From Candidatus Latescibacterota bacterium (GTDB taxonomy: Bacteria; Latescibacterota; UBA2968; UBA8231), in NCBI GenBank assembly GCA_965203355.1, contig OZ241889.1, positions 3,392,001 through 3,456,000 on the forward strand: a DNA stretch of 64,000 nt, in the 5' to 3' direction. Below the pieces are notes generated by a model that saw only the letters and a list, made by a program, of their open reading frames with translations, did not search any database and had not been told where the DNA came from. Of this stretch, positions 59,313 through 64,000 are shown one piece after another; within the stretch, counting starts at the first letter, position 1; each line of letters begins with the position of its first letter. Made by a program: the position numbers and the translations under genes.

Positions 59313-62300
59313 TAGAAGTACATTCCCGACGACACGCTGTGGCCACTATCGTTGGTCGCGTCCCACTCCACCGCGTAACGACCCGCCGCCTGATGCTCGG
59401 CGACCAGCGTCCGAATCGGCTGACCCAACACGTTATATACGGTCAGCCCCACGTCCGCCGCTTGCGGCAACGCATACTGAATCGTCGTCTGCGGGTTGAA
59501 CGGGTTGGGATAGTTGGCTGCCAGCGAGAACACGGCCGGGCGCGTCTGCACCGAAACCGGCGCGGGCAATGCCAGCCGGTTAAAGCCCAACGCCCGGTCA
59601 TACGTCTGGCTGTCGGTGATTTCGAGGGTCGTGTGCGCGATCTCGGTCGTCGGCCGGAAGACTAAGCGCAGCATCAGCTCGCCATCGGCAACGACATCGC
59701 CGTGCGTGGCTACCGTCAACACGCCCGCTTGGTCGGCCAACACCTGCGGCGTAGCGAATGCGCTCCCGCCCAGCGGCTGATCGGTCTGCGCCTCGACGAA
59801 GGTCAACCGGTCGGCGTCATACGCTATCTGCAAGCCGTAGCCTTTGACCGCCACGAAGTCGGCTAACCGCACATTAACGATGAACTCCTCTCCTACGCTC
59901 GGCAGGGCTGTCGGCGCGTCCAGATACAGCCGCGCCTCCGTATTCAGCCCGGTCCGCAGCGGCACCGGCTTGCCCGCCACGGCCACGCTGCGACCGAAAT
60001 GGTCGGCCAACACGAAGAAGTCGTCGAAGTCAATCGTCCCATTCGGGGCCAAGTCAAACGCTGGATCAAACCCCGCGTCGCCTGCCGTCAAGCCGAAGCG
60101 GTCCGCCAACACGAAGAAGTCGTCGAACCCAATGCGAGCATCCGCGCCGAACAGCCCCAACAGAGCCTGCCCTTGGCTATCGGCCACCCGATTGCGCACG
60201 GCTAACGCGGTATGCTCGACCGAACCGGTCTCGTTGTCTAAGTCGAAGGGCCGCACCTGATAGGTGTAATGCACGCCATGCTGCGCCGTCTCATCAACGA
60301 AGGACGCTACCCCGGACGCCACCTCGGCGACCACGGAAAACGCTTCGTCTCCCACGGCGCGGCGGTAGATGCGGTAGCCATGTACGCCCACGACCGGCTC
60401 GACCGGCGCCGGGCCCAAGGCACCAGCTACGACTCCTTGCAGCACCTGATCCGATGGCGACAGTGTCCACGTCAGCGCGATGCGACCGCCTTGATCGTCC
60501 GGCGCATCCAACACCTGCAACGCTGGCACGGCCAACGGCGCGATGTCGTCGGTCGCCCGCACGGCCTCGGCCGTCCAAGTAATCGACGAACTCAGCACGT
60601 TACCGACGACATTTAGCTTCGGTGCCACGCCGCGAGCGTAGGCTAATGCTTCCGGCAGCAACGATGCCAACACCGGACCCTCACCGCCCTGCGCGGCAGC
60701 GCGGCTGGCTTGCAGCGTCGCCGCCATCTGCGCGTAGGGCTGCGTCAGGTCGTCCGCCTCGACGAACACGGCTTTGGCCATCGTGTGCGTGGTGCGGCCA
60801 CCTTTTTCGGCGGCAATGCCCCAGCGCGTCGAGACGTTGTCCAGCGTCGCCACGATGGCGCGGCCCATCGCTACGCCGGGCACGGCATCTACTCGCGCCC
60901 ACGGCACCATCTCATTTTCCAGCACCGGCAACGCACGGAAAATGCGATAGCCGTCCAGCGACTTATGATCGGCCGATAGCTCCCAAGACAGCATCACGAA
61001 ACCGCCTTGGTCGCCTTGGCCGTCCGCACCTTTGTAGTCCTCGGCGACCAGGTTTGTCGGCGCCGACAGCGGCGGCTCCACCACCGCCATGCTCAACGGC
61101 AGCGACTGACTCGCGCCGCTGGCATCTACGACCGTGTAGGTCGCAACCGTCTCGCCCATCACCGTCGGCGTCCCGGAAATCGTCCGGGTGGCCGCGTCAA
61201 ACGACAGTCCCGTCGGCAGCCCCGACACGCTATACGTCAGCGGCGGGGTGCCCCCGGAGACCGCCGGCAACGTCAGGTTTGCCGGCACGTTAATGGTGAA
61301 TTGAATCATGTTGTCGGTGTGCGAATCCGCCGGATTGGCCTTGCCAGCACCGCTGTTGAGACCGAACAACGAACTCAGGTCGCCAAAGTCCAGCATCGCG
61401 TTGATGGTAATCGCGAACGTCAGCGAGACGCTTTCGGCACCAGCCATCGCCGTGTAGGTGACTTCAACGGCCCCATCGGTCGCCGCTTCCGGTGTCCCGG
61501 AAATCGTCCGGGTCGCCGCGTCAAATGACAGTCCCGCTGGCAGATCCGACACGCTATACGTGATGGTGCCTTCGCCGCCTAACGCGACCGGCAGCACCAA
61601 CGGCGTAATCGCCGTGCCCGCCGTGTAGGTGTGTGCGGCAATCGAAGTGCCCTCGACGAAAGCCAAGGCGATCATCATATCCTTATCGCCGTCCATATTG
61701 TCGTCCATCATGCCGCGGTCCGTGTCGGTCAGTACCAGCGTCGCCGAACCCGCTGTCAAGCCGGGCAGCATCGCGTTGAGCACAACCGTCTCGTCGCCTT
61801 CGGCCATGCCGTCGGCGACCGGATCAACCAACAGGCGCGTCGAACCCATGATCGAACCGGCCGCAATGGTGATGGTCGGATCGAACAGGGCCGAGTAGTC
61901 CGTGTCGCGTATGGCACTACTCGAAACCTCATCAATCGAGACGATGGCGGTGGCGTCCTCGGCCAGCGGCTTGCCGTCCAGCGCGGCCATGACCATCACT
62001 TCCGTCAATTCCGCCGACTCGGGGATCGCGCTCGGCATCACCGACAGCACCAAAGACGTGCTGGCGGTTTCGTCGTCGGAAATGCGGATGTCCACCTGAT
62101 CCCAACCGCCCGAAGACACCGCCCGAACCCCCAAGTGCTTATGACCGTCCGCCGAAGCGTTGTCGATGGGCGATAGGAAAAGCGTCGTCGAGCCGACCTT
62201 TTCCCCGGCCGCAATGGTGGCGGTCCCCGCTAACGTCGCGGTGTAATCCACGTCGCGGGTGGCCATCGCGCCGCTGGCCGGCGGCACAATCGTGAAGCGG

Positions 62301-64000
62301 ACCGTCTCGGTGGCCGAAGCCGCTGCCGACAAGGTCGCCGTAACTCGGATTTCAGCCGTATCGCCGTTTTCGCGCACGGCCGATTGCGAAGCTACCACGC
62401 TGGCAACGCCCACGATGACCGGCGGAGCCTCGCTGATGGTGATGGTGATGGTTTTTATCCGGCCATCGCCGTCGGCATCGAACGCCATGTAGACGATCGA
62501 GGACATGCCCGCCATTGTCGGCGTCCCGGAAAGCGTCCGGGTGGCCGGGTCAAACGACAGCCCGGCCGGGAGGTCCGACGTGACGCTGTACATCAGCGTT
62601 CCTTGGCCGCCTGTGGCGGCGGGCAACACCTCGCTGAACGCTTGCCCTACCGTCGCTTCAAAGGCTAATGCACCGTCGCCAAAGGTCGGTCGTCCCGTGT
62701 CCGTGTCCGCGGGCGTCTCGGAAGAATCAGAATCATCCATCATCGCCGCGTCTTTCAGCTTGATCGTCGCGGTGCTGACCGTGATCTTCTCGTCGTCTTG
62801 GTTCTTGAGGTTGTCCGTGAGCTGCTTCAGCGTGATCGTCTCGTCGTTGTCGTCGGTCCCGTCATTGACTGGCGTAATCGTGATCGTCATCGAGCTAACG
62901 ACCTCGCCGGCCGGAATCGTCAGCGAGCCAAGCACTGCCGTGTAATCCAGATCCCGAATCGCCCTCTTTTCAGCCGTCCGATCCAAGCCCAGCGTGATCG
63001 TCGCATCCGCGTCGAGCACCTTGCCGTCTAACGTGCCGGTCACCGTGACGGTCGTCGCCCCGGCGTTTTCTTTGATCTCACTCGGGCTGACCGACAGCGT
63101 GATGTTTTCGCTCAGCGTCTCATTGTCCGTGATCGTGAACACCACCGAATCCATTTGAGACGCTTCATTGCCGACCTTCGCTTTCACCTGGAACTTCCGC
63201 GGCTCATTCTTACCGCTGTCGTCCACTGGCGTGACGCGCAGTGTCGCCGTGCCCTTGGTGTCGCCCGCCGGGATCGTCAAGCCCTCAATCACATCCACCT
63301 CGTAATGCACGTCGCGCGTCCCACCCCCCGACACCGCCGTAAGCTGAAAGTCCACCGCCTTCGCGCCGGTTAAGGCTTTCTCCAATTCAACGTTCATCGC
63401 AACGTCCATCGCTCCGCCTTCCTCGCGGATCGTCGCCGGACTCAGCGTGAACGCCTTGAGCGTCGCAACCGCAACGTCCTCAATCGTGATGGTGCCCGAA
63501 TTGACCGTAACCGGAAAGGCAAAAGAGTCCATGTGCTTTAACGTGTCCCCAGTACCGAACGTGTAAGCCAAGCCGCCATCGCCGTCAAAGTCGATGGCAC
63601 CGACTCTCTTTACTGAGGATTCGCTTCCTGCGATTTTGTCTCCGCTTGCAGGGAATAGGTAGAGACCTACTTCCGTTAATACGCTATCGGCGGGCACCAT
63701 ATAGGTATCCAAATAATCGCCATCCCCGAAAAAGTCGATCCCCAAGTCTTTTTCTACCAAGATGGTTTTCGCCGGGACGAAGTCGGATTCACCGAAACTG
63801 TCATTGCTAACCGTAAACCCAAAATACTCATCACCATCTGTGTTTGTCCCAACATCCCCATCGCCGTTAAAGTCCACTCCGTAAATAGTGTTATTCCCAC
63901 TGGTGCTTTCAGGCGCAGTGGCGTTTTCGGGTATGATATAATCATCGCCGTCAAAGGTCCCATCAAGGGTCAAGTCTAGCCTTACCTGCTTGCCCTTATG
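59255..64000 (-). CDS. Large secreted surface protein, paralog of 35811-40310 (5'-partial), with extra Ig, FN3-like and EF-hand/dockerin-like modules
   Basis: Frame is open to the window end; Calx/He_PIG/CTD blocks nearly identical to the paralog; paired FDDFFVLAD.FG repeat. Confidence 0.88.
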   Translation of the reverse strand, partial: HKGKQVRLDLTLDGTFDGDDYIIPENATAPESTSGNNTIYGVDFNGDGDVGTNTDGDEYFGFTVSNDSFGESDFVPAKTILVEKDLGIDFFGDGDYLDTYMVPADSVLTEVGLYLFPASGDKIAGSESSVKRVGAIDFDGDGGLAYTFGTGDTLKHMDSFAFPVTVNSGTITIEDVAVATLKAFTLSPATIREEGGAMDVAMNVELEKALTGAKAVDFQLTAVSGGGTRDVHYEVDVIEGLTIPAGDTKGTATLRVTPVDDSGKNEPRKFQVKAKVGNEASQMDSVVFTITDNETLSENITLSVSPSEIKENAGATTVTVTGTLDGKVLDADATITLGLDRTAEKRAIRDLDYTAVLGSLTIPAGEVVSSMTITITPVNDGTDDNDETITLKQLTDNLKNQDDEKITVSTATIKLKDAAMMDDSDSSETPADTDTGRPTFGDGALAFEATVGQAFSEVLPAATGGQGTLMYSVTSDLPAGLSFDPATRTLSGTPTMAGMSSIVYMAFDADGDGRIKTITITISEAPPVIVGVASVVASQSAVRENGDTAEIRVTATLSAAASATETVRFTIVPPASGAMATRDVDYTATLAGTATIAAGEKVGSTTLFLSPIDNASADGHKHLGVRAVSSGGWDQVDIRISDDETASTSLVLSVMPSAIPESAELTEVMVMAALDGKPLAEDATAIVSIDEVSSSAIRDTDYSALFDPTITIAAGSIMGSTRLLVDPVADGMAEGDETVVLNAMLPGLTAGSATLVLTDTDRGMMDDNMDGDKDMMIALAFVEGTSIAAHTYTAGTAITPLVLPVALGGEGTITYSVSDLPAGLSFDAATRTISGTPEAATDGAVEVTYTAMAGAESVSLTFAITINAMLDFGDLSSLFGLNSGAGKANPADSHTDNMIQFTINVPANLTLPAVSGGTPPLTYSVSGLPTGLSFDAATRTISGTPTVMGETVATYTVVDASGASQSLPLSMAVVEPPLSAPTNLVAEDYKGADGQGDQGGFVMLSWELSADHKSLDGYRIFRALPVLENEMVPWARVDAVPGVAMGRAIVATLDNVSTRWGIAAEKGGRTTHTMAKAVFVEADDLTQPYAQMAATLQASRAAAQGGEGPVLASLLPEALAYARGVAPKLNVVGNVLSSSITWTAEAVRATDDIAPLAVPALQVLDAPDDQGGRIALTWTLSPSDQVLQGVVAGALGPAPVEPVVGVHGYRIYRRAVGDEAFSVVAEVASGVASFVDETAQHGVHYTYQVRPFDLDNETGSVEHTALAVRNRVADSQGQALLGLFGADARIGFDDFFVLADRFGLTAGDAGFDPAFDLAPNGTIDFDDFFVLADHFGRSVAVAGKPVPLRTGLNTEARLYLDAPTALPSVGEEFIVNVRLADFVAVKGYGLQIAYDADRLTFVEAQTDQPLGGSAFATPQVLADQAGVLTVATHGDVVADGELMLRLVFRPTTEIAHTTLEITDSQTYDRALGFNRLALPAPVSVQTRPAVFSLAANYPNPFNPQTTIQYALPQAADVGLTVYNVLGQPIRTLVAEHQAAGRYAVEWDATNDSGHSVSSGMYFYRLQAGGDFLDIKKMLLLK

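Overview
High-GC bacterial window. Gene content (many secreted proteins with FlgD/T9SS-like C-terminal domains, an ankyrin protein, a PhyH dioxygenase, a sulfotransferase) suggests an FCB-group, Latescibacterota-like, possibly host-associated organism; this is inference, not a database result. In order it holds: a cluster of three CTD-bearing secreted paralogs plus a putative outer-membrane protein, PPIase and TPR protein; araFGH; sugar ABC genes; several antitoxins whose toxins are missing; tesA/ybbPA-like genes; a GPP34-P450 fusion plus sulfotransferase; the ffh-rpsP-rimM-trmD-rplS operon; rsmB-PASTA-rpe; recJ; apgM; a lipoprotein/L,D-transpeptidase operon; dcd; arsC; an alkB-like gene; and two paralogous giant surface-protein genes. 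The top finding is a conserved ~320-bp leader present at two unrelated loci (26098-26406 + and 40548-40881 -). Each copy follows a sigma70-like promoter and encodes an unannotated 51-aa upstream ORF that runs through a poly-C tract (C12 or C11). In both copies a one-base change in the tract moves translation into a long stop-free frame ending in an ATGA overlap with the downstream gene's start codon, a candidate phase-variable translational-coupling/attenuation switch. The two surface-protein genes are also followed by ~148-bp tandem repeats of variant gene 3' ends plus terminator, carry AT-rich variable segments, and differ by an in-frame 1371-bp module bounded by microhomology. No rRNA, tRNA, CRISPR array, integrase or reverse transcriptase was recognised.
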